Source: an uncultured Alphaproteobacteria bacterium
Lineage (GTDB): Bacteria; Pseudomonadota; Alphaproteobacteria; RF32; CAG-239
Assembly: GCA_944393175.1 (NCBI GenBank)
Contig: CALXZH010000031.1
Span: 2,117-66,116, forward strand
Length of the DNA stretch: 64,000 nt
Direction: 5' to 3'
Below the pieces are notes generated by a model, which was not told where the DNA came from, made no database searches, and saw only the letters and a list, made by a program, of their open reading frames with translations. Within the stretch, counting starts at the first letter, position 1; every line of letters begins with the position of its first letter. Below, piece after piece: positions 39,457-49,097 of the stretch. Made by a program: the position numbers and the translations under genes.

Positions 39457-40941
39457 TTATTTGGTCGCACTCCGTTGCTGTAAAGCTAAGCGGTATGAGT
39501 CCATTGTCAGGCCGTGCTGCGGCTTATTTTGTGTCGCTTGTCGCTGTTGTTGAGCTTGGAGCTGTCCTTGTCGGTCGCCGGCAATTCTTCCTTGGGGATT
39601 GATACGACTTTGGATGGATTCTCTATAATTGCTTCTTATGCGTTGTCTGAAATTTCTTCTTCTTGCTTCATAATTATCATTTCTTGCCTCTAAAGTGGCG
39701 CTGCTCCCCCTCATCTTATTTAATTTATCGGTTATAGCTAAATCAAAGTTGTTGGACGCAACTAAGTGTTCCAGCATACTTTGAGGTTCTAACCGTTCAG
39801 GCTGCGTAATGTTGTCTTGCTTGAGGCTTAATCTGTCGTTAATTTTATGCAGAGTTTTATTCGTATTGCCTTTTTTCCCTGCTTCATCAAATTTGTGTTT
39901 TTTGTATTGTTTATCGGTGAACTTGTTGGCATCAGTGACGTCGTCGGTTAAGTTTTTGAGGAATTTTGCCGGATCTTTTCCTTGTTTTTCACAGCTGTCC
40001 ATCTTGCGGGCTATGGCTATGGCGTTGCGTTTGGTGAGGGCTTCATATAATTGAGCCGTATTCGTATTTTTGAACACATCTTGATTCATGCAGATGCTCT
40101 CACCCATTTGCGCGCGAGCCAGTTGTCCGGCCACAAACTGTATTGTTTTCATGTTTTCGGCCAGATTTTCAATCATGACTTTGGCTTGTTGACAAAAAGC
40201 TTGGCGTTTATCTTCGGAGAGCTCATTCATCAATATTTTGGTACATTCTGTGGCTTTTGAACCGTCTATGTTACCCGCCATAATCGCATCTAATGTTGCT
40301 TTTACGCCATCGCGCCCCTTTTCGATTGAGGCTTTGGAACCGTCATACATTTTGACGGCTTTGTCATCAATGTTATTGCGGGTGGTGATGGTGTTATATT
40401 CGGCATTTTCACGTTTTTTGGCATCATTTTTGGCCTGAGCACAACGATTTTTAAAAGCTTGCCCAAATTGATCAATCTTTTTGTAGGTTTTTTTATACAA
40501 CCAGTTGGCTCCGCCTAACAGCCAGTCGTTATACATGTAGTCAATGATGTCTTGTTCTTTAAAGAGGTCTTTGGGTTCTTCATCAGAAGGGCCGACTTTG
40601 GTTCCGTCTTCAGGTGTGACTTCACCTTCGTTACCGTCTTTACCTTGAGAAAGCTGATCTTTTAGGTCTTCTTTTAATTTCCGTTCGTCAGGGGTTAAAA
40701 TGCCTCTCTTTTCTTTGATATTAAGGTAATTTAGTTTTTGGGCAACAGTCATACCATCAAAAGCTTGAGATTCCTTTTTAGGATTTTGAGAGAGCGCAAC
40801 AGTCTTTTGCGGCTCCTGTTTTTGAGCTTGAGGCGTGGGTTGGGTGTGTGTCGGCTGCTGTTGACTTGGTTGCTGAACAGCTTGCGGTTGCGGCTTGGGT
40901 GCAGCTTCGTTAATTTTTGCAACTTTAGGAGTATCAACCAT
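39457..40941 (-). CDS. Hypothetical helical/coiled-coil protein with Gln-rich termini
   Basis: 494-aa ORF abutting the next gene; basic C-tail RLALQQRSATK. Confidence 0.8.
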   Translation of the reverse strand: MVDTPKVAKINEAAPKPQPQAVQQPSQQQPTHTQPTPQAQKQEPQKTVALSQNPKKESQAFDGMTVAQKLNYLNIKEKRGILTPDERKLKEDLKDQLSQGKDGNEGEVTPEDGTKVGPSDEEPKDLFKEQDIIDYMYNDWLLGGANWLYKKTYKKIDQFGQAFKNRCAQAKNDAKKRENAEYNTITTRNNIDDKAVKMYDGSKASIEKGRDGVKATLDAIMAGNIDGSKATECTKILMNELSEDKRQAFCQQAKVMIENLAENMKTIQFVAGQLARAQMGESICMNQDVFKNTNTAQLYEALTKRNAIAIARKMDSCEKQGKDPAKFLKNLTDDVTDANKFTDKQYKKHKFDEAGKKGNTNKTLHKINDRLSLKQDNITQPERLEPQSMLEHLVASNNFDLAITDKLNKMRGSSATLEARNDNYEARRRNFRQRIRSNYRESIQSRINPQGRIAGDRQGQLQAQQQRQATQNKPQHGLTMDSYRLALQQRSATK

Positions 40942-41025
40942 GATATTTACCTTCTAATAACTTGATTCTATTGTGTTTAGTCTAGCATAAAAATTTGTTT
41001 TTGTCTATATTTTTGTAAAAATAGA

Positions 41026-42063
41026 CTATACTTTTAATTTTTTTATAAATTCTCCGATTTCACGATTTACGCGAATACCGTCTTGCGGGGTGACTTTAAT
41101 TAACCCAAACAGACGAGGTTTAATTTTGTTTATTTCTATCGGCGCGAAAGTTGCCGGGTTGGTGGTAAGGACTTTATAGGCTCCCTCGGCATCTTTGTTG
41201 GATGTTTTGAAAAAGTTTTTTACCAAACGTTCGGCATCTATCGGAAATTCTTTTTTCTTGATGGCTTCAATATATTTTTTTGTGCGTTCGACGCGTGCTT
41301 GGTGCTCCTCATAGATTTCTTTTTCGATTTTTCTTTTTTCGGCTTTTAGTTTACGCGCTTCATATTGAATATCACAGCCTTCCATTTCAATTAAGATTTC
41401 TACATAAGAAATTATAGCCAACTGCAGATTGTCATCTTTAGCGCTTTCGGCAAAGTCCAATAGTTCATCGTCTGTTCCGGCAGGATTAAGCGTTTGTAAC
41501 TCTTGCGGGAAGACTTGCAACATTATGTCCCAGCCTTCCATAATTTCTTTGGAAATGCGAATGCCAAGCCGCGGTTTGTAGTGAGGATAAAACTTTTGTG
41601 CAGTGAGTGAAGGTGATAGTGGCGTGATGTTATGGGTTTCGGCAATCGTGCGAACCGCAAAAAAGTAGTTTTGATAGGCGCGATATAAAGATTTTTCCGG
41701 ATCAGTTAAAAGAGATGAATTTTCTTCGTCGGAGTTGCTGATGGGAAGGGAAGAGGACATTTCAACTTCTTGTCCGTCTTGAATGTTGTCAACAACTTCT
41801 TGAGCATCATCAAGTTCTGCATTGATAAACTCATTTAGCAAACGTTCAAATTCATCATCATCAGAGGATGCTTGGGTGCTGGTTTTGTCGGGCGCAGGCT
41901 GTGCGGAGGTGTTTGGTTGAGCATCTTCTGCCAATAACGCTTTAATATCAGCCTCGGTTGTGTCGGATACAGGCATTGACTGCGGAATTTTTTTGTTTTG
42001 AGATATAGGGCGTTTGTGTTTTATCTTTTTCAAGACTTTCCCATTTTTTTTGTTCTCATTCAT
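41026..42063 (-). CDS. Hypothetical protein (acidic N-part, coiled-coil C-part)
   Basis: 345-aa ORF; SD AAGGGA. Confidence 0.8.
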   Translation of the reverse strand: MNENKKNGKVLKKIKHKRPISQNKKIPQSMPVSDTTEADIKALLAEDAQPNTSAQPAPDKTSTQASSDDDEFERLLNEFINAELDDAQEVVDNIQDGQEVEMSSSLPISNSDEENSSLLTDPEKSLYRAYQNYFFAVRTIAETHNITPLSPSLTAQKFYPHYKPRLGIRISKEIMEGWDIMLQVFPQELQTLNPAGTDDELLDFAESAKDDNLQLAIISYVEILIEMEGCDIQYEARKLKAEKRKIEKEIYEEHQARVERTKKYIEAIKKKEFPIDAERLVKNFFKTSNKDAEGAYKVLTTNPATFAPIEINKIKPRLFGLIKVTPQDGIRVNREIGEFIKKLKV

Positions 42064-42079
42064 TTCGGTATCCCTTAAT

Positions 42080-42361
42080 TTAATTTAATTTAATTTCTTC
42101 TAAAACTTGGTTCGGGTCACGAATAATCATAATTTTGTCGGATTGTGAACCACCCCTAATCAATAAGTAAATATTTCCGTTTTCAACACTAAAAGAGGAA
42201 ATTTCACTCCCAATTTCTTGTTTCAAATTAAGTCTTGTTTGTGTATTGGATTTTTGTTGCGTGGTCTTTTGGTAAAGTATGCCTAGAAGGCTTATACTTC
42301 CTATAACTAATAAGAAAGTGATGAAAAATACGATAGATTTTATTAATTTTAATTTATCCAT
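42080..42361 (-). CDS. Small membrane-anchored protein
   Basis: 93 aa with a single TM; divergent from rluD; SD AAGGA. Confidence 0.7.
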   Translation of the reverse strand: MDKLKLIKSIVFFITFLLVIGSISLLGILYQKTTQQKSNTQTRLNLKQEIGSEISSFSVENGNIYLLIRGGSQSDKIMIIRDPNQVLEEIKLN

Positions 42362-42445
42362 AATCTAATCCTTGCTTTTTCTTAGATTAACTGTATGTTA
42401 GGTTATATTATATTCGTTAAGTGTAAATTTTTTATTGCTAAATTT

Positions 42446-43423
42446 ATGGAAATTGATACCAACATTGTTATTACCCCCGAAGTTGATGAATTATCCTCAG
42501 GGGTGAGATTAGATAAATATTTGGCAGCTTGTGCCAAAGAATTGTCTCGTTCCCAAATCCAAAGATTAATAGAGCAGGGAATGGTGAGCTGCGATGATAA
42601 TTTGGTTACGGATAATGCTTATAAGGTAAAAATCGGTGATGCCTTCCAGATTGAAATACCTCCGCCGGAAGAGCCAGAGCCAATTGCGGAAAATATTCCT
42701 TTAGATGTTGTTTTTGAAGATGATGATTTGATTGTTGTGAACAAACCCGCCGGAATGACAGTCCATCCTGCACCGGGCGCTTATCATCAAACATTGGTAA
42801 ATGCATTACTCTTTCACTGTCAGGGTAATCTTTCCGGTGTGGGTGGGGTTAAACGTCCTGGAATCGTGCATAGAATCGATAAAGATACGAGCGGGTTGTT
42901 GGTGGTTGCAAAAAATGACTTTACACATCGGGGATTGGCTGAACAATTTGCCGCGCATTCTATTGAAAGGACTTATCATGCCGTTGTGTATGGAATCCCA
43001 AATCCTTTAAGTGGCAGAATTGAGGGAAATATCGGTCGCAGTCGTTTTGATCGTAAGAAAATGGCTGTTTTGCAAAGCGGAGGTAAACATGCCGTGACAA
43101 ATTACAAAACCCTTAAAGTTTGTTCAACGGCCGCTGCTCTCGTCCAGTGTAATTTGGAAACTGGCAGAACACATCAAATAAGAGTGCATTTATCCAGTAT
43201 CGGCTGTAGCTTAATTGGTGATAAGCTATATGTAAAAAGCGGAAAAACGTCTATCAGCGGTATACCCGTTGAAACAAAAGAGTTTATCAATCATTTTCCA
43301 AGGCAGGCGTTGCATGCCAAGAGTTTGGGTTTTGTGCACCCGCGCTTGAATAAATTTATGCAATTTGATTCGTCTTATCCCGAAGATTTTTCTTCGTTAT
43401 TGCAAATCTTGCATTTAATTTAA
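42446..43423 (+). CDS. rluD: 23S rRNA pseudouridine synthase, RluD family
   Basis: S4 domain; NKPAGMTVHP, RPGIVHRIDKDTSG, LETGRTHQIRVH, RQALHA. Confidence 0.94.
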   Translation: MEIDTNIVITPEVDELSSGVRLDKYLAACAKELSRSQIQRLIEQGMVSCDDNLVTDNAYKVKIGDAFQIEIPPPEEPEPIAENIPLDVVFEDDDLIVVNKPAGMTVHPAPGAYHQTLVNALLFHCQGNLSGVGGVKRPGIVHRIDKDTSGLLVVAKNDFTHRGLAEQFAAHSIERTYHAVVYGIPNPLSGRIEGNIGRSRFDRKKMAVLQSGGKHAVTNYKTLKVCSTAAALVQCNLETGRTHQIRVHLSSIGCSLIGDKLYVKSGKTSISGIPVETKEFINHFPRQALHAKSLGFVHPRLNKFMQFDSSYPEDFSSLLQILHLI

Positions 43424-43537
43424 ATATATTCTACTTTTAATATAATATTTTATATTTGTAAAACTAAAAGATACATTGTCTATATCTTGAAATCCTAATA
43501 TTGTGGCCTCTGTCAATTATTACTGAGGGAGGCTATT

Positions 43538-44410
43538 ATGAATAAAGACTTCACTCTGAACGGACTTGACTTTTCGCCGGAAATTAATCTGGCACGATAT
43601 TTACAGAGTATTCGAAAATTTCCAATTCTTTCTCCGGAAAGTGAGTATGCACTTGCCGTGGAGTATAAAAAACACCGTGACCCAAAAATTGCGCAGACTT
43701 TGATTGATTCTCACTTAAGATTGGTGGTTAAAGTCGTTTCTAAATACAGAGGATACGGTTTGCCCGTAAACGAGATGATTTCTGAGGGAAATATGGGCCT
43801 GCTTTATGCAGTGAATAAATTTGAACCAGATAAGGGATTTAGATTTTCCACCTATGCTTTATGGTGGATTAAGGCTTCAATTCAAAAATATATTTTAAGC
43901 TCTTGGTCTTTGGTTAAAATCGGTACTACTGCCGCGCAAAAAAAACTTTTCTTTAATTTACGTAAAATTAAAAATCAGCTTAATTTGGTTGATGACAGAG
44001 AATTATCTCATGAAATTCTCGGCGGAATCGCAGATAGCCTTGATGTGAGTGTGCAAGAAGTTACGGATATGAATATGCGTTTAAAATCTCATGACGGGTC
44101 TTTAAATACTTTGATTGATGCTTCTGCCGATGGGGGCAGTGAGTGGATTGATTTTATTTCCGACAAAAAGCCTAATCAGGAAGAAAAATTAGCCTATTCG
44201 GAAACTTTTTTGTATCGTAAGAGGTTGTTTTTGAAGGCGTTGGATTGCCTTAATCAACGCGAAAAAGATATTTTATTTAAACGTCGTTTGGCGGAAAAGG
44301 CCGTTACTTTGGATGATTTGAGCAAAGCTTATTCCATTTCAAAAGAAAGAGTGCGGCAAATAGAGCTTAATTCGATTAAAAAAATCAGAAAAGCAATCGG
44401 CACGCTTTAA
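43538..44410 (+). CDS. rpoH: RNA polymerase sigma-32 factor
   Basis: SHLRLVVK, GFRFSTYA.WWIKA, RpoH box TTAAQKKLFFNLR, SKERVRQIE. Confidence 0.93.
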   Translation: MNKDFTLNGLDFSPEINLARYLQSIRKFPILSPESEYALAVEYKKHRDPKIAQTLIDSHLRLVVKVVSKYRGYGLPVNEMISEGNMGLLYAVNKFEPDKGFRFSTYALWWIKASIQKYILSSWSLVKIGTTAAQKKLFFNLRKIKNQLNLVDDRELSHEILGGIADSLDVSVQEVTDMNMRLKSHDGSLNTLIDASADGGSEWIDFISDKKPNQEEKLAYSETFLYRKRLFLKALDCLNQREKDILFKRRLAEKAVTLDDLSKAYSISKERVRQIELNSIKKIRKAIGTL

Positions 44411-44446
44411 ATCTTGAAAAATTCTTACCCGCTTAGGCGGGCTTTT

Positions 44447-44953
44447 TTATGCTTGCGGCTGCGAAGATATGGTTCCTCTGATGCCTTCTCCCCAATCTTG
44501 GGCCAGTTTGTCCAGTTGGCTATCAATCGTTTTTAATCTTTTTTGTGCCATTATTTTATAAATATAAATGAAGAGGTTGGGAACTTCCAGATATACAATC
44601 AAACCTAGACCGGCAGAACCAAGCATTATAATCAAATTAAAGATGTCGCTGAAAATAAAAAAGGCATCTCTTACCGTAAAATTACTTATAATGTGAAATA
44701 AATAGATAAATACGCCTGAGAGATTAAAACAGCCGACAATTACCAATTTGTTGGTATTGGTGCGGTCTGTTATCAGTACCGTAAAAGTCGGCAATAAACC
44801 TATCAGTAATACAACCATAACCGGAAGAGTGGTCATGACAGCTATTAATAAAGCCAAGATTAACAGAACTTTTTGCAACAGATTCAGACGAAATGTATCA
44901 TTGCGTCTGAGCGGCGGATTGCGTAGTGGTCTTTGCGGAGGTACTTTACTCAT
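44447..44953 (-). CDS. Membrane protein coupled to the kinase-like gene
   Basis: Four hydrophobic segments; ATGA overlap with the upstream gene. Confidence 0.75.
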   Translation of the reverse strand: MSKVPPQRPLRNPPLRRNDTFRLNLLQKVLLILALLIAVMTTLPVMVVLLIGLLPTFTVLITDRTNTNKLVIVGCFNLSGVFIYLFHIISNFTVRDAFFIFSDIFNLIIMLGSAGLGLIVYLEVPNLFIYIYKIMAQKRLKTIDSQLDKLAQDWGEGIRGTISSQPQA

Positions 44954-46980
44954 TTTAGTATCCAGTAAAAAAGGTTAAGGACAAACGAAGCAATGAGAGT
45001 CAAAACGGCTAAGATATTTGCAAAACGCATGGCAACTTCTCTGGCTTCCTCGTCCCATTTTGCCGTATTGTTTTGAAGATTGTTTTTTTCACTTATCAAT
45101 AAATTGGCCGTCTTTAAGGCGTTGGCGTAGTCGACGCTGTCTTTTTGTCTGGCTTCTTCGTTTTCAATTATTTCCGTAATCTCATAGAGTTTACCGTTTT
45201 TGTGTATCTTGAGAACTTCTCGTTCCAAATATTTTTGATATTTAACGTTGTGGTAGCTCTTGATGGTCAGCATGCAGGCACTTACCAGCCATTTTGCCAA
45301 ATTAGGTAACTGAGTAGGTCCGTATTTGTTTTGCATATCCGTGTATAAGCGTAAAATTGCGCTGGCCTGCAGTGCTTCTCTTGAGGTGTTTAAGTCCGTT
45401 AATATTCCATCTATTTTTTTACCTAATTTGCAGCGTAAATATGCCATAATGTTGCGGTCGTAAGGCATAGAGGTTACTTTGTTGTGGGCATAATTATTGT
45501 CCAAGGCTCTTAGAATTCTGGGTGCGCTGTTTACAAATTCATCTCCCAGTAAAGGGCTGATGCAGGGTAAATCTTCGTCAAAGTCATACATGATACGATC
45601 TATTCCGTAGCCCATATCACGACGAGAAATGTAACTTTTGAATTCCCCGCTGTTAGACGGAGCTCTGATGTTTGTCTGTTCCTGATACCAGAGTTTGAAT
45701 AAGTCAGAATTTAGTAAGTCATAATATATATTTAAGCTTTCCTTATTTTTTATGGCCAAGAAAATAACTTTTGATACGGCATTGGGAAACAGCCATAGCG
45801 TCTTATATTTTATCGGCAAATGCGGCGCCAAAATAATACAAAGTTTTGATATGAGCAATTCTCGGCTGGCCGTATTATCTGAATTGGTGTGAATCAATTT
45901 CTCAATTTGGGTGTTGAGTTTTTCATTCTCCAAGCCGTTTTTAATCCAGTCCGTAATTTTTCCGGATTTTAATAATTCGTATCCTTCTTCCGGATTTTGC
46001 AATAAAGCATAGGCTACTTCTGTCGGTGTATAGACTTTTTCACCTGAGATGGTTAATGATTTTTTCGGCCGTTCAGAATTGGATGCAGGTGTGTTATTTG
46101 GTTTTCCTTCCAGTAGATTGTAGGCTTGCGTGTAGCTATAGCGCTCGTCTTCATCATCATTTAGAAGGCCTTTGAACAAGGTGGCATAGTGTGCAGATAA
46201 TTTGTCTGTTCCTAAAAGTGTCGTGTAACTTCCTTTTTTTAATTTTAGGCGTAAAACTTCCATGTCTGAAAGGTCTTCCAGAAGTGGATGTCCAAGATAT
46301 AACTGTAATGCAGTGACGCCAACGGCGTAAACATCGTTTTTATCTGTTCCGTTGCCACGGCCTTCTTTTTGAGCCATCAGGCTTTCTATGGTTTCGCTAC
46401 AACCTGGTTGATAGTAGGCCGGAAAGGAGGCTATGCAATCGCCTAAAACCATATGCTCGCGCGCTTCATCTCGGTAATAAATATTGCTTGCACGTATGGC
46501 GCGATGGGTAATGCCATAACCTTTAAGAACCTCAACCGCCGATAACATTGATAAAACTTCGGTTTTAAATTTTTCAGCTTGATTCTTGAGGCAATAGGCG
46601 CCTTGTTCGTCAATCACCCTGCCTCCGAGCGGCGTTTCATATATCAATGCCATATTACGGGAATTTTCTTTTGTATAACTGACAACACCATATTCAACCA
46701 ATTTCATAATAGCCGGGTGGTCAATCGATTTGAGATAGGGAAGCAAAGAACTGCGCGGCGATGTGAAGTTATTGCATATAAGTGCAAACAATTCTTTTTT
46801 ATCATTGATTTTATCTTCAACTTTATATGCCTTGGCTCCGTTAGTGTCCAGCCATACCAAAGGAGCGGAAAAATCAATGGTGTATCTTTCCTTGAGTACG
46901 TAGGTATGTTCTTTTTCAGTGACGGCAAAATTTTCTATTTCGCTTGTCTCCGGGGCCTGTTCTGCAGCTTCTTCAGTCAT
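44950..46980 (-). CDS. Ser/Thr protein kinase-like protein (probable pseudokinase) with C-terminal TM
   Basis: HRAIRASNIYY (HRD catalytic Asp changed to Ala), LGDC in place of DFG, DVYAVGV subdomain IX. Confidence 0.75.
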   Translation of the reverse strand: MTEEAAEQAPETSEIENFAVTEKEHTYVLKERYTIDFSAPLVWLDTNGAKAYKVEDKINDKKELFALICNNFTSPRSSLLPYLKSIDHPAIMKLVEYGVVSYTKENSRNMALIYETPLGGRVIDEQGAYCLKNQAEKFKTEVLSMLSAVEVLKGYGITHRAIRASNIYYRDEAREHMVLGDCIASFPAYYQPGCSETIESLMAQKEGRGNGTDKNDVYAVGVTALQLYLGHPLLEDLSDMEVLRLKLKKGSYTTLLGTDKLSAHYATLFKGLLNDDEDERYSYTQAYNLLEGKPNNTPASNSERPKKSLTISGEKVYTPTEVAYALLQNPEEGYELLKSGKITDWIKNGLENEKLNTQIEKLIHTNSDNTASRELLISKLCIILAPHLPIKYKTLWLFPNAVSKVIFLAIKNKESLNIYYDLLNSDLFKLWYQEQTNIRAPSNSGEFKSYISRRDMGYGIDRIMYDFDEDLPCISPLLGDEFVNSAPRILRALDNNYAHNKVTSMPYDRNIMAYLRCKLGKKIDGILTDLNTSREALQASAILRLYTDMQNKYGPTQLPNLAKWLVSACMLTIKSYHNVKYQKYLEREVLKIHKNGKLYEITEIIENEEARQKDSVDYANALKTANLLISEKNNLQNNTAKWDEEAREVAMRFANILAVLTLIASFVLNLFYWILK

Positions 46981-47121
46981 CAGGTTATCTTTCTTTGTTC
47001 TGTTACTTGTTTTTTATCATATACCCATAAGAGTTAATAAAACACAAATATTTTTTGTTTTTTACGATTTTTGGGGTAAACTAAACGTATTATGTTGTTT
47101 GTGAGGTGATTTTAGAACAAA

Positions 47122-48219
47122 ATGAGTCTTGAGGATAATACCAGTATTGATTTTTTAGAAAATATTGAGGAAAACAATATTCCTTATAAGTCGGATGATG
47201 TTTCCGAAGATTATGTCTTTGGCTTGGAAGATTTAGAAAATTTAACAACCGCGCCGGTAAAACAGGGGCCAATGCGGAATGTGAAAACTTTATCTCCAAA
47301 GCCCGAAAATTCGAGTGCTCATTCCGAGGTTTTTGATGCCTTTTTGTCAGAAACAGATATTCGTCTTAAAGATGTGGTGGACAAGGTTTTTAGCCGCTCA
47401 GACAGGCCTTTCGTAGTTATCAGAGATGATAAAATCGAATATGTTAATAAAACATTTTTTAAATTGGTGGAATTAAATAGCGAACAAAATGTTTTGCATC
47501 AAAAATTTTTAAAATTTGTTGCTAAAGAAGATTGGGATTTCTTGGCTAAAAATATCGGTGAAATGTTGACTAACAACGAAGCGATGGAAATAAATCTTAT
47601 TTGCGGTGTGCATAAGACGATTAAAGTTAAATTTGAGGCAATTTATTTATCAGATGACCAACATTTTACTTTTATTTTGATAGGTGAGCGGTTAGGTGCA
47701 AGAACAGCAAGTGTTATGAGTATGTATGATCAGTTGACAGGCTTGCCAAACTTTTATTTATTTGAAGACCGTGTGCAGGTGTTGGTAAATTACGAAAATT
47801 ATAAGGATGTCCGTCAGAAGAAAAATATGATTGCGGTGGCCGGTGTGGCGATTGATAATTTTGATGATTTGAAAGCTATCGGCATGCATGAATGGGTCTT
47901 AAAAAAATTAGCTGAAAAACTTATGCTGAGTTTGAAAAAAACTTATACCGTGGGAAGTGGGTTGAAATATCAATTTTGGATTTTGATGCCCGATATTATG
48001 GATGAGGAAAGCTTAAAATTGGAGCTGAGCAAAATTCAGACGATTTTTCAGGAGCCGATTGCGGATAATTTTACTGCGCATGAGCTATCTGCTTCTATTG
48101 GGGTGAGCATCTTTCCCGAGCCGGCAGCCTCTGCAAAAAAACTGATAGAACAAACTATTTTATCAATACAAAAAGCTCAAAAAGAAGGCGGAAATCGTTT
48201 GCAAATCTTTGGTATTTAA
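47122..48219 (+). CDS. PAS plus degenerate GGDEF domain protein
   Basis: YDQLTGLPNFYLFEDR, IDNF, SASIGVSIFP; GGDEF replaced by GLKYQF. Confidence 0.8.
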   Translation: MSLEDNTSIDFLENIEENNIPYKSDDVSEDYVFGLEDLENLTTAPVKQGPMRNVKTLSPKPENSSAHSEVFDAFLSETDIRLKDVVDKVFSRSDRPFVVIRDDKIEYVNKTFFKLVELNSEQNVLHQKFLKFVAKEDWDFLAKNIGEMLTNNEAMEINLICGVHKTIKVKFEAIYLSDDQHFTFILIGERLGARTASVMSMYDQLTGLPNFYLFEDRVQVLVNYENYKDVRQKKNMIAVAGVAIDNFDDLKAIGMHEWVLKKLAEKLMLSLKKTYTVGSGLKYQFWILMPDIMDEESLKLELSKIQTIFQEPIADNFTAHELSASIGVSIFPEPAASAKKLIEQTILSIQKAQKEGGNRLQIFGI

Positions 48220-48974
48220 TCGCAAACATCAAAAAAAGACAGGCCTTCTCTTAAAATCTTAAAAGCTTGGGGCGTGTGTTCTCCTGTGGGCGTGTGAATG
48301 GTTATGCCCCTTAAAATACGCGCGGGAGCTTTGGAATCTTTGGTCGCTGTTATCATGACTCTTTTGGCTGGTTGTTCGGGTTTGGAAAAGAGGGGAATAA
48401 TATTGATATTGCCTGCTTTACCGTATAAACAAGATAGAATCTCACTAATTGCTTCTGCACGATTGATTAAATATAAGTTTCCTTTTGGGGCTGCCATTTT
48501 GAGGCAAAATTTTAACCAATCAGACAAGTCAATCCCTTGGTGATTGTGGGCTAAGGCTTTGCTCGGGTTGGGCGAGGGCATATCGCATTCGCTGTAGGGC
48601 GGGTTGCTGATTACGTGCTGAAAACTGCAAGGCGGTAATTGTTGCGGTGTGATGGTGGTGATATTGTAATTCAGGTAAGTTAAGGACTCCGAAAATCCAT
48701 TGGCTGCCGCACTTTGGTTAGATAATGAACATAATTCTTCTTGGAGCTCAATGCCGGTGATTTGCGGTTTTATGTTTTGAAAGCGTGCTGCTAGGCAGAG
48801 AGAAATAGCTCCCGTGCCGGAGCCGACATCCAGAATTTTATCTTGAGGTTTTACTTTGTTGACTAAGGATGATACCATTACGGCATCGGTGGATGCGCGG
48901 TAGCCATCTCGGGGTTGAAAAATTTTGACTCTGCGGTCTAAAAGATAATCATTTGTGTGTTCTGTCATTGTCAT
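48216..48974 (-). CDS. tRNA1(Val) A37 N6-methyltransferase-like (TrmN6/YfiC family)
   Basis: QP.DGYR.STD, LDVGSGTG, SNPPY. Confidence 0.88.
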   Translation of the reverse strand: MTMTEHTNDYLLDRRVKIFQPRDGYRASTDAVMVSSLVNKVKPQDKILDVGSGTGAISLCLAARFQNIKPQITGIELQEELCSLSNQSAAANGFSESLTYLNYNITTITPQQLPPCSFQHVISNPPYSECDMPSPNPSKALAHNHQGIDLSDWLKFCLKMAAPKGNLYLINRAEAISEILSCLYGKAGNINIIPLFSKPEQPAKRVMITATKDSKAPARILRGITIHTPTGEHTPQAFKILREGLSFFDVCD

Positions 48975-49097
48975 ACCTCGCCAGAGATTTTAGCTAAAAA
49001 ATATTAAAAATCCAGCAAATAATTGTTTTAATTTCGTTGCAAAGTTGTATGGCTTCATATACACTTTTTCATATTGTTAATTTAGAGGAAGTGAAAT

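Noticed and set aside
33884-42361. ICE or genomic island integrated at tRNA-His carrying virD4
   Set aside because: The duplicated tRNA 3' end lies only 235 bp away and does not bracket virD4; no integrase or relaxase is visible; the run ends at a typical rluD neighbour
42387-42401. CtrA box upstream of the virD4 gene run (TTAA-N7-TTAG)
   Set aside because: One mismatch in very AT-rich DNA; expected by chance
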